Part shown: in pieces, positions 36,787 through 47,021 of the stretch
Numbering within the stretch: position 1 is the stretch's first letter
Layout: each line of letters starts with the position of its first letter
Assembly: GCA_041665525.1 (NCBI GenBank)
Contig: JBAYIS010000001.1
Span: forward strand, 215,418-279,417
Origin: Bacteroidota bacterium
GTDB taxonomy: Bacteria; Bacteroidota; Ignavibacteria; UBA10030; UBA8401
DNA: 64,000 nucleotides
Reading direction: 5' to 3'
Notes under the pieces: generated by a model
Databases searched by the model: none
Told to the model about the DNA's origin: nothing
Seen by the model: only the letters and a program-made list of their open reading frames with translations
Program-made: the position numbers and the translations under genes

Positions 36787-38331
36787 ATGAAAAATAAGAT
36801 TGAACAATTAAAACAAAAAAAAGAGGAAGCGCTCCTCGGCGGTGGAGAAGCACGTATTGCTGATCAGCATAAAAAAGGGAAACTGACCGCTCGAGAGCGA
36901 ATCGGATTACTGATTGATGATGGTTCCTTCGAAGAGATCGGTATGCTGGTAACTCACCGTTCGTCAGCATTCGGACTGGAAAAACAGAAATACCTTGGGG
37001 ACGGTGTGGTCACCGGGCATGGGAAAATCAATGGCCGCGAAGTGTTCGTCTACAGTCAGGATTTCACGGTCTTCGGCGGTTCGCTTTCGGAAGCACACGC
37101 GGAGAAAATTTGCAAGATCATGGACATGGCGATGAAAGTCGGAATTCCGGTGATTGGGTTGAACGATTCGGGCGGAGCCAGAATTCAGGAGGGGGTCGTT
37201 TCTCTTGGAGGATATGCGGACATATTTCTTCGCAACACTCTCGCTTCAGGAGTAATTCCACAGATCTCAGCGATCATGGGACCGTGTGCCGGCGGCGCAG
37301 TCTATTCGCCCGCGATCACTGATTTCGTGCTGATGGTGAAGAATACCAGTTATATGTTCGTTACCGGTCCGAACGTGGTAAAGACGGTGACTCACGAAGA
37401 GGTTACAAGCGAAGATCTCGGCGGCGCTATGACACATGCGTCGAAAAGCGGAGTAGCTCATTTTGCATGCGAAAGCGAGATTGAATGCATCGATCATATC
37501 AAAAAACTGCTTTCATTCCTGCCGCAGAACAATGTCGATGATCCGCCGCAGTCGGTTTGCTCCGATCCTATCGACAGGAAAGATGCCGCGCTCAATTCGA
37601 TCATTCCCGACACTTCTACAAAACCATATGACATGAAGGATGTGATTCACTCCGTCATAGATGATAGAGATTTCCTGGAAGTGCATCAGGAATATGCACA
37701 AAATATTATCGTCGGATTTGCACGGATGAATGGGATGTCCGTTGGCATTGTCGCAAATCAGCCTGCAGTACTTGCCGGCGTGCTGGACATAGAAGCATCC
37801 ATCAAGGCGGCACGCTTCATCCGCTTCTGCGACGCATTCAACATTCCGCTCATTACGTTCGAGGATGTACCGGGATTTTTGCCGGGAACAGACCAGGAAT
37901 GGCACGGCATCATAAAACACGGGGCGAAATTGTTGTATGCGTATTGTGAAGCGACTGTTCCAAAGATTACCGTCATTACTCGAAAAGCGTACGGCGGCGC
38001 TTATGATGTGATGAACTCAAAGCACATCCGCGGTGACATCAACTTTGCATGGCCTTCCGCCGAGATTGCAGTGATGGGGCCGAAAGGCGCAGTAGAGATT
38101 ATCTTTAAAAAGGATATTGATAAAGCGAAGGATAGAGAGTCAGCGCTGGCACAGAAGGTTCAGGAATACACCGACATGTTTGCAAATCCTTATAATGCTG
38201 CGGAAAGAGGATACATTGACGATGTCATTCTACCGGACGAAACGCGTCCCCGAATCATTCGCGCATTGGAAATGCTCGAAACGAAAGTGGATAAAAATCC
38301 AAAAAAGAAGCACGGCAATATTCCGCTATAA
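36787..38331 (+). CDS. Acyl-CoA carboxylase carboxyltransferase subunit (methylmalonyl-CoA carboxyltransferase / propionyl-CoA carboxylase beta type)
   Basis: 514 aa with the typical carboxyl_trans domain sequences ([21 protein letters not shown]). Confidence 0.9.
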   Translation: MKNKIEQLKQKKEEALLGGGEARIADQHKKGKLTARERIGLLIDDGSFEEIGMLVTHRSSAFGLEKQKYLGDGVVTGHGKINGREVFVYSQDFTVFGGSLSEAHAEKICKIMDMAMKVGIPVIGLNDSGGARIQEGVVSLGGYADIFLRNTLASGVIPQISAIMGPCAGGAVYSPAITDFVLMVKNTSYMFVTGPNVVKTVTHEEVTSEDLGGAMTHASKSGVAHFACESEIECIDHIKKLLSFLPQNNVDDPPQSVCSDPIDRKDAALNSIIPDTSTKPYDMKDVIHSVIDDRDFLEVHQEYAQNIIVGFARMNGMSVGIVANQPAVLAGVLDIEASIKAARFIRFCDAFNIPLITFEDVPGFLPGTDQEWHGIIKHGAKLLYAYCEATVPKITVITRKAYGGAYDVMNSKHIRGDINFAWPSAEIAVMGPKGAVEIIFKKDIDKAKDRESALAQKVQEYTDMFANPYNAAERGYIDDVILPDETRPRIIRALEMLETKVDKNPKKKHGNIPL

Positions 38332-38335
38332 AATA

Positions 38336-38384
38336 CCTTGTCAAGGCATTGAAAAAACTCTTACCAAACCTTGACAAGGTTTTC
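38336..38384. terminator. Hairpin terminator between convergent genes
   Basis: CCTTGTCAAGG (38336-38346) pairs with CCTTGACAAGG (38369-38379), an 11-bp stem, followed by TTTT. Confidence 0.5.
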
Positions 38385-38392
38385 GAGGCATT

Positions 38393-38806
38393 TCACGCCG
38401 CCGGCGCTGCCTCTTTTTTCCCGAATACCAGTGCAAGAATAATTCCGCCGATGAGATATTCCAAAACGCCATAAAGGAACCATTGTATAGCCATCGAATA
38501 GGGGATGGCAATCATTCCGTACGTTCCGTACGCCATACCGAGGCTCATCCAAATTCCAATGTATAATCCGTATCGGGCTCCTTCCGCCACGCCGTTTCCT
38601 TCATATCCCTTTGAAAAGATGAATGAAAAGAAAAAAGACCCGATCAGCGAAATCACGGTGAAAATCCACATGAGAGACTCCATATCAGGACGCCACAGGT
38701 TTTTTGTCTCTTCGTAGGCAGCAGCAAGCAGGACTCCATGAATCAAATAATCCATGATACTCATCGCAACAAACACTGCGGCGGAACCGAATAGTACTTT
38801 TTTCAT
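38393..38806 (-). CDS. Small four-helix membrane protein (hypothetical)
   Basis: 137-aa hydrophobic ORF with a good RBS context (GGAGG upstream on the reverse strand). Confidence 0.5.
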   Translation of the reverse strand: MKKVLFGSAAVFVAMSIMDYLIHGVLLAAAYEETKNLWRPDMESLMWIFTVISLIGSFFFSFIFSKGYEGNGVAEGARYGLYIGIWMSLGMAYGTYGMIAIPYSMAIQWFLYGVLEYLIGGIILALVFGKKEAAPAA

Positions 38807-39073
38807 ATGTACCTCCCTGGAAATGGATGAAGATATCGGCGTTTTATCTGCCGTTGGAATACCGCCGCAAAATATCGTTCTTCACAGTGAAGTGCAAGTG
38901 TGCAGTCAAATAATGATTTGTGATTGGTTTTCGCATCGACATTTTTTAGTTGGACAAAGAAGGAGTAAAAATTCGCAGAGAAATTAAATTTACAATTATC
39001 ACTTGAAAACAGACTATCATTTCCCTAAATACAATTGTCTAAGCACCGCCATTACCACAACGGAAGGAATTCA

Positions 39074-40759
39074 ATGAAAAAAGTCGCTTTCTTCATCTGT
39101 TACATCTTCAGCACTCTTTTTGCCCAACTTCCGTCCAAATACCACAGTAACGACGAAGTCACTTCAGCCCTGAAACAATTCGCCAAACAGTATTCTTCAT
39201 TAATCTCTATAGAGTCAATTTCCAGAACCGTAAAGGGGAATGATCTATGGGTCGTAACGATTGGGAAGAAGGAACCTCAAAACCACAAAGCAATTCTCGT
39301 CGTGGGTGGAATTGAAGCAGCATCATTGGCAGGGACGGAACATGCTTTACGCTATATTCAACATCTTGCTTCCAGTTACGGCAAGGTGGATAGTATAACC
39401 AGGTTACTGGATAATACGACGGTCTATGTTGTGCCGAGGGCTAATCCTGATGCCAGCGAATCCTATTTTACTGTTCCATTGACGGAGCGCGAATCGGATT
39501 ATTCTCCAATGGACGATGACCGCGATGCGCTGGTGGATGAGGATGATGTCGATGATGTCAATAAAGATGGAATTATTTCGTGGATGCGGATCGAAGATCC
39601 GAGAGGAGAATGGGTCATCAATCCCGATGATGCACGACTGATGAAGAAAGCGGATCCGGGAAAAGGCGAAAAGGGAAAATACCGATTGCTCAGTGAAGGT
39701 TTCGACAACGATAAGGATGAAGAGTGGAATGAAGATCCTGCCGGTGGAACGGACTTCAACCGAAACTTCACTTATAACTATCAATTTTTCGGTAAGAACA
39801 GCGGTGTACACCAAATTTCGGAAGATGCGACAAGAGCGCTGGCGAATTTTGTATTCGATCGTCCAAACATTGCAATGCTCTTTACATTTTCCTCCAACGA
39901 CAATCTTACCACGGCATGGAAGAACGAACCTCCTAAAGGCGAATCATCGGTAATTTCTTCTGTCTTGAAAGACGATGAGGATTATTACTCCTTCATCAGC
40001 AAAAAATTCGGAGAGATCACCAAACTGAAAGATGCACCAAAGCCGGTGAAAGGCGAAGGCGCATTCAGTGAATGGGGATATTATCATTCGGGCCGATGGT
40101 CGTTTGCAGTCCGTCCCTGGTGGCCGGGTGAAATCCCAAAAGTGAAAGACACTGCAGCAATAAAAGATACAACGATAAAAACGGGTGAAGGAAAGAAGGA
40201 AGAGAAGGACAAGACTGAAGATCCACAGATGAAGACGTTGAAATGGTATGATGCGATCGGTGCAAGCGATGTTGCTGTCTCGTGGAAAGTGTTTTCTCAT
40301 CCCGATTTTCCCGGACAAACGGTTGAGATTGGCGGAATCAAACCGTTTCGGTTAACTAATCCTCCGGCAGAAAGTTTGAATGCTGTTGCAGTTCCTTATG
40401 TGAATTTTCTCACAGTTCTTCCGTCATTGCTTCCGTCTCTTTCCGTCGAAAACCACAAGGTGGAAAAAATCGGGGAGAATGTCTTTCGTGTTTCCGTGGA
40501 TGTTGTAAATAATGGATACCTGCCGACGAACAGCGGAATAGCGCAAAAAACACGATGGATACGGAATGTTCGTGTAACGCTGAATGCGGGCAATAAGAAC
40601 GTGGTCACGAGCGGTAAAGCGAAACAAGTGCTGAATCCAATAAAAGGCAGCGGCGGATTCAAAACAGTTTCGTGGATTATCGTCGGCCATGGTTCTGTTA
40701 CCGTATCTGCCGACAGTCCTATCGCCGGAATGTCGGAATTAAAAATTGACTTACAATGA
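39074..40759 (+). CDS. Secreted M14 carboxypeptidase-like protein lacking the HxxE zinc ligands (probable pseudopeptidase)
   Basis: Collinear with the downstream M14 paralogue, but it reads GGIEAASLAGTE where the paralogue has DGNIHSNEIQGAE. Signal peptide MKKVAFFICYIFSTLFAQ. I trimmed the start to the ATG at 39074, which follows GGAAGGA. Confidence 0.7.
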   Translation: MKKVAFFICYIFSTLFAQLPSKYHSNDEVTSALKQFAKQYSSLISIESISRTVKGNDLWVVTIGKKEPQNHKAILVVGGIEAASLAGTEHALRYIQHLASSYGKVDSITRLLDNTTVYVVPRANPDASESYFTVPLTERESDYSPMDDDRDALVDEDDVDDVNKDGIISWMRIEDPRGEWVINPDDARLMKKADPGKGEKGKYRLLSEGFDNDKDEEWNEDPAGGTDFNRNFTYNYQFFGKNSGVHQISEDATRALANFVFDRPNIAMLFTFSSNDNLTTAWKNEPPKGESSVISSVLKDDEDYYSFISKKFGEITKLKDAPKPVKGEGAFSEWGYYHSGRWSFAVRPWWPGEIPKVKDTAAIKDTTIKTGEGKKEEKDKTEDPQMKTLKWYDAIGASDVAVSWKVFSHPDFPGQTVEIGGIKPFRLTNPPAESLNAVAVPYVNFLTVLPSLLPSLSVENHKVEKIGENVFRVSVDVVNNGYLPTNSGIAQKTRWIRNVRVTLNAGNKNVVTSGKAKQVLNPIKGSGGFKTVSWIIVGHGSVTVSADSPIAGMSELKIDLQ

Positions 40760-40773
40760 TCAGGGAGTTTTTG

Positions 40774-42513
40774 ATGAAAAAGTTTTTATTGTCATTGATG
40801 TTCTCATCGATCCTTTTTGCACAGCAGTCGAAAGAGTTTACCCCCAGTGCATTGAAAGCTATGGGGGCACCGAACAATCCCAAAGTCGAAGTAGCCTGGA
40901 ACCGATATTACGATACAAAACAGTTGTATGAAATCATGAAACGGATTGAAAAAGCTTATCCGCAATTAGTGAAAGTAAAAAGCATAGGAAAATCGGTGGA
41001 AGGAAAAGAGATGTGGCAGATGACCATCTCGAATTTTAAAAACGGCGATCCGAACAAAAAGCCTGCTATGTATATTGACGGGAATATTCACTCCAACGAA
41101 ATTCAGGGAGCCGAAGTTGTTCTGTATACTGCCTGGTACGTGACGGAATTGTACGATGAAGTTGAGTGGATCAAAAACTTACTGGACGAAAAAACACTCT
41201 ATGTCGTCCCTACGATAAATCCCGATGCTCGCGATTACTTCATCTATAAGGCGAATAATCCGCATTCCCCACGAAGCGGCATGGCACAACGGGACGACGA
41301 TGGTGACGGCGAGTTTGATGAGGATGGATACGATGATCTAGACGGCGACGGTAATGTTGTCTTCATGCGAATCAAGGACCCGAATGGTCGCTGGAACGTG
41401 GATCCCAGCGATTCCCGCCTGATGGTGCAGACGAACAGCGGCGAAAAAGGAAATTATACACTTCTCGGCTGGGAAGGGATCGATAATGATGGAGACGGTT
41501 CTGTCAATGAAGATAATCCGGGATTCTACGATCCGAATCGGGATTGGGCGTGGAATTGGGCGCCGCGCTATATTCAAAGTGGATCCGATCGGTTTCCGTT
41601 TACATTTCCTGAGAACCGGTCTATTCGCAACTTTTTCTTGCAGCATACGAACATTGCCGCGGCACAGTCATTCCATAACAACGGCGGAATGATTCTCAGG
41701 GGTCCCGGATCGAAAACGGATGAAGGATCGTACAGCCGGCAGGATGTTCAAACCTATAATTTTCTTGGAGAGCTGGGTGAACAACAGCTTCCCGGATACA
41801 AATACATGATTATTTGGAAAGACCTCTATACTGTCTATGGAGGTGAAGTGGAATGGTTCTACGGCGGACGCGGAATTCTGTCGTTCACGAATGAACTGTG
41901 GAGTGAATTCGATTATTTCCGCAGACCGATGGACTCGACACGCGATGTTTCCAGTCAGGACCTGTACCGATTCGACCGGCTGCTGCTTTTCCGGGAAGGA
42001 ATCGTTCCGTGGAAAAAGTATCAGCATCCTCAGTATGGCGAAATAGAAATCGGCGGTATCAAAAAACAGTGGACAAGAACCGCACCGTCGTTTATGATCG
42101 AAGATATGTGTCACCGCAATATGGCGTTTACGCTTTTTCATCTTTTCCATACACCGAAGGTTGCCGTTGATTCCATTATCGTCAAAAACTTGCCGGGCGG
42201 ATTAAAGGAAGTTACCGCGATCATTTCTAATGAGCGGGTAATACCGACACATACATTCCAGGATGTGAAGCATCAGATCACCCGTCCGGATTGGGTATCG
42301 CTGTCAGGCGGGAAGGTGATTGCCGGGGGTATTCTGGAAAATCGTTTTCTCGGGAATATGAAAGAACAGAAAGTCACACCCGGCCGTCTGAATGTTGAGA
42401 ATATACCTGGTTTGGGAACCGTTGCCGTTCGGTGGATCGTTGAAGGGGGAAGTTCATACACGGTAAAAATAGATTCAGAAAAAGGGGGAACAGCGGAACG
42501 AAAGTCTAAGTGA
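40774..42513 (+). CDS. Secreted M14-family zinc carboxypeptidase
   Basis: HSNE (HxxE) zinc motif, SFHNNGG and FTNELW. Signal peptide MKKFLLSLMFSSILFAQQ. The alternative ATG at 40756 overlaps the upstream stop. Confidence 0.8.
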   Translation: MKKFLLSLMFSSILFAQQSKEFTPSALKAMGAPNNPKVEVAWNRYYDTKQLYEIMKRIEKAYPQLVKVKSIGKSVEGKEMWQMTISNFKNGDPNKKPAMYIDGNIHSNEIQGAEVVLYTAWYVTELYDEVEWIKNLLDEKTLYVVPTINPDARDYFIYKANNPHSPRSGMAQRDDDGDGEFDEDGYDDLDGDGNVVFMRIKDPNGRWNVDPSDSRLMVQTNSGEKGNYTLLGWEGIDNDGDGSVNEDNPGFYDPNRDWAWNWAPRYIQSGSDRFPFTFPENRSIRNFFLQHTNIAAAQSFHNNGGMILRGPGSKTDEGSYSRQDVQTYNFLGELGEQQLPGYKYMIIWKDLYTVYGGEVEWFYGGRGILSFTNELWSEFDYFRRPMDSTRDVSSQDLYRFDRLLLFREGIVPWKKYQHPQYGEIEIGGIKKQWTRTAPSFMIEDMCHRNMAFTLFHLFHTPKVAVDSIIVKNLPGGLKEVTAIISNERVIPTHTFQDVKHQITRPDWVSLSGGKVIAGGILENRFLGNMKEQKVTPGRLNVENIPGLGTVAVRWIVEGGSSYTVKIDSEKGGTAERKSK

Positions 42514-42578
42514 TAAAGAATTCATCAACACCATCAATTAACACCAATCAATAACCAAACTTCACGAATGAGGTTTCA

Positions 42579-45500
42579 ATGAAAAAAATAGTTTTTTGTA
42601 TCGGTATCATCAGCGGGCTGCTCTTTTCGCAAGAATCGAGACTGCTGCGTTTCCCGGCAGTCCATGGAGAAAAACTCGTCTTCACCTATGCTGGAGATCT
42701 GTATACTGTTTCATCACAGGGAGGCGTTGCCCGGAAGATTACGAGCGATGTCGGAATGGAAATGTTTGCGCGATTTTCTCCGGACGGGAAAAATATCGCA
42801 TTCACTGGTCAATATGACGGTAACACGGAAGTATTTGTAATACCCGCAGAGGGAGGCAGTCCACGACGTTTGACCTATACGGCAACATTGGACCGGGATG
42901 ATGTGTCGGACAGAATGGGTCCGAACAATATTGTTATGTCATGGAAAGATAATTCGACTGTCATTTATCGTTCCCGCAGAATCGAATTCAATGATTGGAA
43001 GGGACAACTCTATTATGCTTCTATTGATGGCGGTATCCCAAACCAACTGCCGCTGCCGCGCGGCGGCTGGAATTCATTTTCGCCCGACGGGAAAAAATTA
43101 GCATACAACCGCATCTTCCGTGAATTCCGCACCTGGAAACGGTATCGCGGAGGCCAGGCTGATGATATATGGATTTATGATTTTGCAACACGGAAAACTG
43201 AAAATATCACCAACAATTCCGCGCAGGATATTTTCCCAATGTGGGCAGGGAATAAAATCTATTTCATTTCAGATCGCGAAAGCAACGGTGTGAAACGATT
43301 GAACCTCTATTCGTATAACCTTGTTTCGAAAGAAACGAAACAACAAACAACGTTCTCGGATTTTGATGTTAAATTTCCGTCACTCGGAAATGATGCAATC
43401 GTTTTTGAAAATGGCGGTTTTATTTATCGATTCGATCTTGCCACAGGACAATCTGCCAAAGTGGAAATCCGTATCAATGATGATTTGGACGGCGGCAGGG
43501 GTGGTATCATAGATGTTAGTAAGAACGTATCTAATTTCGAGATCTCGCCGGACGGCAATCGGGCGTTGTTCGGTGCCCGAGGCGAGCTTTTCACGGTTCC
43601 AGCGAAATATGGGAATACGCGCAATCTGACCAATACTTCCGGAGTGCATGAGCGCAATTCTAAATGGTCCCCGGATGGAAAGTGGATATCATATGTCTCC
43701 GACGTGACCGGTGAAGACGAGATCTGGCTCCGTCCGCAGGATGGCTTGGGTGAACCGGTACAGGTCACAAAAAATTCCAGCAATTATAAATATCAACCTA
43801 TCTGGTCGCCGGACAGTAAGAAACTGCTCTGGTCAGACCGAGCGCAGCGTCTGCAGTACGTTGATGTGGAATCAAAATCGGTGACGCTGGTGGCAGAATC
43901 GAAGGTGTGGGAATATACTGACTATTCTTGGTCACCTGATTCGAAATGGATTACCTATTCGAATCCGGAAGAAGATGTGATGACAAAAATCAAACTCTAT
44001 TCTATCGACAGGAAAGAATCAGTGGATGTAACGGACGGATGGTTCGAGTCTGGTTCACCGGTCTTCAGTTCGGACGGAAAATTTCTCTTCTTCATTTCCG
44101 ATCGTTCGTTCAGCCCCATTTACAGTCAAACGGAATGGAATCATGCGTATCTGGATATGTCCAAAATCTATTTCATCACGCTGGCAAAAGAGACAAAATC
44201 TCCGTTCGAACCGAAAAGCGACGAAGTGAAGATCAAGGAAGACGAGAAAAAATCCGACAACAAGGGAAAATCCGACGATAAGAAGAAGGATGAAGCAAAG
44301 ACTGTTGTTGTGAAAGTAGATGTGGATGGGTTGGTGCAGCGCATCGCGTCGCTGCCGGTCTCAGCAGCGAATTATCGGAATCTGAACGTTATCGGGGACA
44401 AGGTGTATTATCAGCGTCAGGGAAGCAAAGACGGAAAAGCAAAACTGTTTTTGTATGAACTTGATAAGCAGAAGGAAACCGAATTGGGCGACGTGAATGG
44501 GTATGAGATTTCTACCGATATGAAGAAAATGCTCGTCGGGATGGACGGTTCCTATTCCATTATCGATCTGCCGTCTGGAAAGATCGATCCGAAGGAAAAA
44601 CTGAATCTTTCCGATATGAAAATGAATCTGAACAGGCGCGAAGAATGGACGCAAATCTTCAATGAATCGTGGAGACAAATGCGGGACTTTTTCTGGACAC
44701 CAACAATGCACGGTGTGGATTGGAAAAAGATGAAAGAGAATTATTCCCAATTATTGCCGTACGTGAACCATCGCGTGGACCTTTCGTATGTGATCGGCGA
44801 AATGATCTCAGAACTCAATATCGGCCACGCCTATGTGGGCGGAGGTGATTATCCGAAAGCAGAACGGATCAAACTCGGTCTTCTTGGAGCGAAAGTAGAG
44901 CGCGATCCTTCGTCGAAATATTACCGCATCACGAAGATCTTGAAAGGTCAAAATTGGGATCCCGCACTTCGGTCGCCATTAACGGAGATCGGCGTTGATG
45001 TTAAAGAAAATGATTACATCATAGCAGTAAACGGCAAACCGACGGATACAATGAACGATCTTTTTGAAGCGTTTGTCGGAACGGTCGGGAAACAGGTTAA
45101 ATTGAAAGTGAATTCATCAGCGAAGGAATCCGGAAGCCGTGAAACGGTTATCATCCCGATCGGTAATGAGGCACCGTTGTATTACTATAACTGGGTGCAA
45201 AAGAATATCGAAACAGTTTCGAAAGCGACTGGCGACAAGGTTGGCTACATTCACATTCCGGACATGGGTGTGAACGGTTTGAACGAGTTTGTGAAACACT
45301 TCTATCCGCAACTTCGCAAGGAAGCACTCATTATTGATGACCGCGGCAACGGCGGCGGTAACGTTTCGCCGATGATTACGGAACGTCTCAGCCGTGAACT
45401 CTCGATGATCGGGTATCAGCGGAATGGTGTGCCTTCCACCAATCCCGGAGGAATGCATCTCGGTCCGAAAGTGTTGTTGTTGGATGAATTCTCTGCATCG

Positions 45501-45842
45501 GACGGAGATATCTTCCCATACCGGTTCCGGAAATATAATCTCGGCAAACTGATCGGCAAACGGTCGTGGGGCGGTGTTGTTGGTATCCGCGGCAGTCTTC
45601 CTATCGTCGACGGCGGTTTCATGAACCGACCGGAATTCTCGCGGTACGACAATGACGGCAAGGAATGGATCATGGAAGGGTACGGCGTTGATCCGGACAT
45701 CGTGGTCGACAACGATCCAGCAAAAGAGTTTGACGGTATCGATGAACAACTGCAAAAGGCGATTGAAGTGATCAAAGAAGAAATGAAGAACTTCAAGTAT
45801 CGTATCCCAAATCCCCCGCCGTTCCCGGATAAGAGCAGGTAA
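42579..45842 (+). CDS. Tricorn protease homologue (beta-propellers + PDZ + S41 peptidase domain)
   Basis: 1087 aa. The N-terminus LLRFPAVHGEKLVFTYAGDLYTVSSQGGVARKITS...FSPDGKNIAFTGQYDGNTEVF is typical of bacterial tricorn homologues. The C-terminal LIIDDRGNGGGNVS and SASDGDIF are S41-like. Confidence 0.85.
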   Translation: MKKIVFCIGIISGLLFSQESRLLRFPAVHGEKLVFTYAGDLYTVSSQGGVARKITSDVGMEMFARFSPDGKNIAFTGQYDGNTEVFVIPAEGGSPRRLTYTATLDRDDVSDRMGPNNIVMSWKDNSTVIYRSRRIEFNDWKGQLYYASIDGGIPNQLPLPRGGWNSFSPDGKKLAYNRIFREFRTWKRYRGGQADDIWIYDFATRKTENITNNSAQDIFPMWAGNKIYFISDRESNGVKRLNLYSYNLVSKETKQQTTFSDFDVKFPSLGNDAIVFENGGFIYRFDLATGQSAKVEIRINDDLDGGRGGIIDVSKNVSNFEISPDGNRALFGARGELFTVPAKYGNTRNLTNTSGVHERNSKWSPDGKWISYVSDVTGEDEIWLRPQDGLGEPVQVTKNSSNYKYQPIWSPDSKKLLWSDRAQRLQYVDVESKSVTLVAESKVWEYTDYSWSPDSKWITYSNPEEDVMTKIKLYSIDRKESVDVTDGWFESGSPVFSSDGKFLFFISDRSFSPIYSQTEWNHAYLDMSKIYFITLAKETKSPFEPKSDEVKIKEDEKKSDNKGKSDDKKKDEAKTVVVKVDVDGLVQRIASLPVSAANYRNLNVIGDKVYYQRQGSKDGKAKLFLYELDKQKETELGDVNGYEISTDMKKMLVGMDGSYSIIDLPSGKIDPKEKLNLSDMKMNLNRREEWTQIFNESWRQMRDFFWTPTMHGVDWKKMKENYSQLLPYVNHRVDLSYVIGEMISELNIGHAYVGGGDYPKAERIKLGLLGAKVERDPSSKYYRITKILKGQNWDPALRSPLTEIGVDVKENDYIIAVNGKPTDTMNDLFEAFVGTVGKQVKLKVNSSAKESGSRETVIIPIGNEAPLYYYNWVQKNIETVSKATGDKVGYIHIPDMGVNGLNEFVKHFYPQLRKEALIIDDRGNGGGNVSPMITERLSRELSMIGYQRNGVPSTNPGGMHLGPKVLLLDEFSASDGDIFPYRFRKYNLGKLIGKRSWGGVVGIRGSLPIVDGGFMNRPEFSRYDNDGKEWIMEGYGVDPDIVVDNDPAKEFDGIDEQLQKAIEVIKEEMKNFKYRIPNPPPFPDKSR

Positions 45843-45864
45843 ACTATAAAATACATTGCAAACG

Positions 45865-45900
45865 ATCCCCGAAGAGTTTCCGGCTTTGGGGATTTTTCTT
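45865..45900 (+). terminator. Rho-independent terminator after the tricorn gene
   Basis: ATCCCCGAAG...CTTTGGGGAT forms a 10-bp stem with one G-U pair and is followed by TTTTTCTTTT. Confidence 0.6.
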
Positions 45901-45922
45901 TTCTTCTGCAGTAAGCAATTTT

Positions 45923-46591
45923 TTGCTATATTTGACGGCAATGCAAAGCAAACTCTCCATAGTAGATATTCGGACGGAATATAAAAAAGGGACATTGGAC
46001 GAACACGATGTCGATCCGAATCCATTTGAACAATTCGATAAATGGTTCAAAGAAGCTGTCCGGTCAGAGATCGCCGAAGTAAACGCGATGACAATCGCAA
46101 CGGCAAATACAGCCGGCCGCCCCTCCGCACGAATGGTATTGTTAAAACAGTTCGATGAAAAAGGTTTTGTTTTTTTTACAAACTACGAAAGCTCAAAAGG
46201 AAAAGACCTGAAAGAGAATCCTCAAGCGGCATTATTATTCTTTTGGGAACCGTTGGAACGACAGGTCCGGATCACCGGGAAGGTGGAAAAGATCTCTGCT
46301 GCCGAATCTTTTGAATATTTCCGAACGCGGCCGATCGATTCACAATTAGGCGCCTGGGCATCACAACAGAGCAGCACTATCTCGGCACGTGCCCTGCTGG
46401 AAAAAGCGTTTGGAGAAATGTTGGAAAAGTTTAAAAACGGTCAGATACCGTTGCCACCGCAATGGGGCGGTTACAGAGTCAAGCCGGATGAATTTGAATT
46501 CTGGCAGGGCCGCGCAAGCAGATTGCACGACAGGATCGCATATAAAAAACAGAACGATGCGGTCTGGTCAATTGCCCGGCTGTCACCATAG
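45923..46591 (+). CDS. pdxH: Pyridoxamine 5'-phosphate oxidase
   Basis: RPSARMVLLKQFDEKGFVFFTNYESSKG and the C-terminal EFWQGRASRLHDRI. The start may be the ATG at 45941. Confidence 0.85.
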   Translation: MLYLTAMQSKLSIVDIRTEYKKGTLDEHDVDPNPFEQFDKWFKEAVRSEIAEVNAMTIATANTAGRPSARMVLLKQFDEKGFVFFTNYESSKGKDLKENPQAALLFFWEPLERQVRITGKVEKISAAESFEYFRTRPIDSQLGAWASQQSSTISARALLEKAFGEMLEKFKNGQIPLPPQWGGYRVKPDEFEFWQGRASRLHDRIAYKKQNDAVWSIARLSP

Positions 46592-46607
46592 ACCACGCGA
46601 GGAACGT

Positions 46608-46979
46608 ATGGCATTACAACAAAAGAAAAGAGTTTTTAAAAAAGATGAGATTATCAGTAAAGAAGGTGATCTTTCCTTTGATTGGTATGTACTGGTAAAA
46701 GGCCGGGTGGGAGTGTTTAAGGGGGAGATGAAAATGAGCGAGTTCGCAGAACGCGGTGTGATCTTCGGCGAATTAAGCGGACTTCTCGCGCGGCCGCGCA
46801 CAGCTACCATGCGGGCACTGGAAGATTCGGAAGTGATGGTGGTGGAAAGCAGTATCGACGAAGTGATCCGCAATCATCCCGATATTGCAAACAAAATACT
46901 CATCAGTCTCGCAGAACGGCTCGCAAAAACCACTGACGAAATGTGGGCGATCATCGAAAACAAAGAACAGAAGAAATAA
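46608..46979 (+). CDS. Stand-alone cyclic-nucleotide-binding domain protein
   Basis: FGELSGLLARPRTATMRA is the cNMP-binding FGE...R.A motif. I trimmed the ORF-track extension that overlaps pdxH to the ATG at 46608. Confidence 0.7.
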   Translation: MALQQKKRVFKKDEIISKEGDLSFDWYVLVKGRVGVFKGEMKMSEFAERGVIFGELSGLLARPRTATMRALEDSEVMVVESSIDEVIRNHPDIANKILISLAERLAKTTDEMWAIIENKEQKK

Positions 46980-47021
46980 CGTTCATTGAAATAGCATCAA
47001 TATTTTCGTACCTTCTCCACA

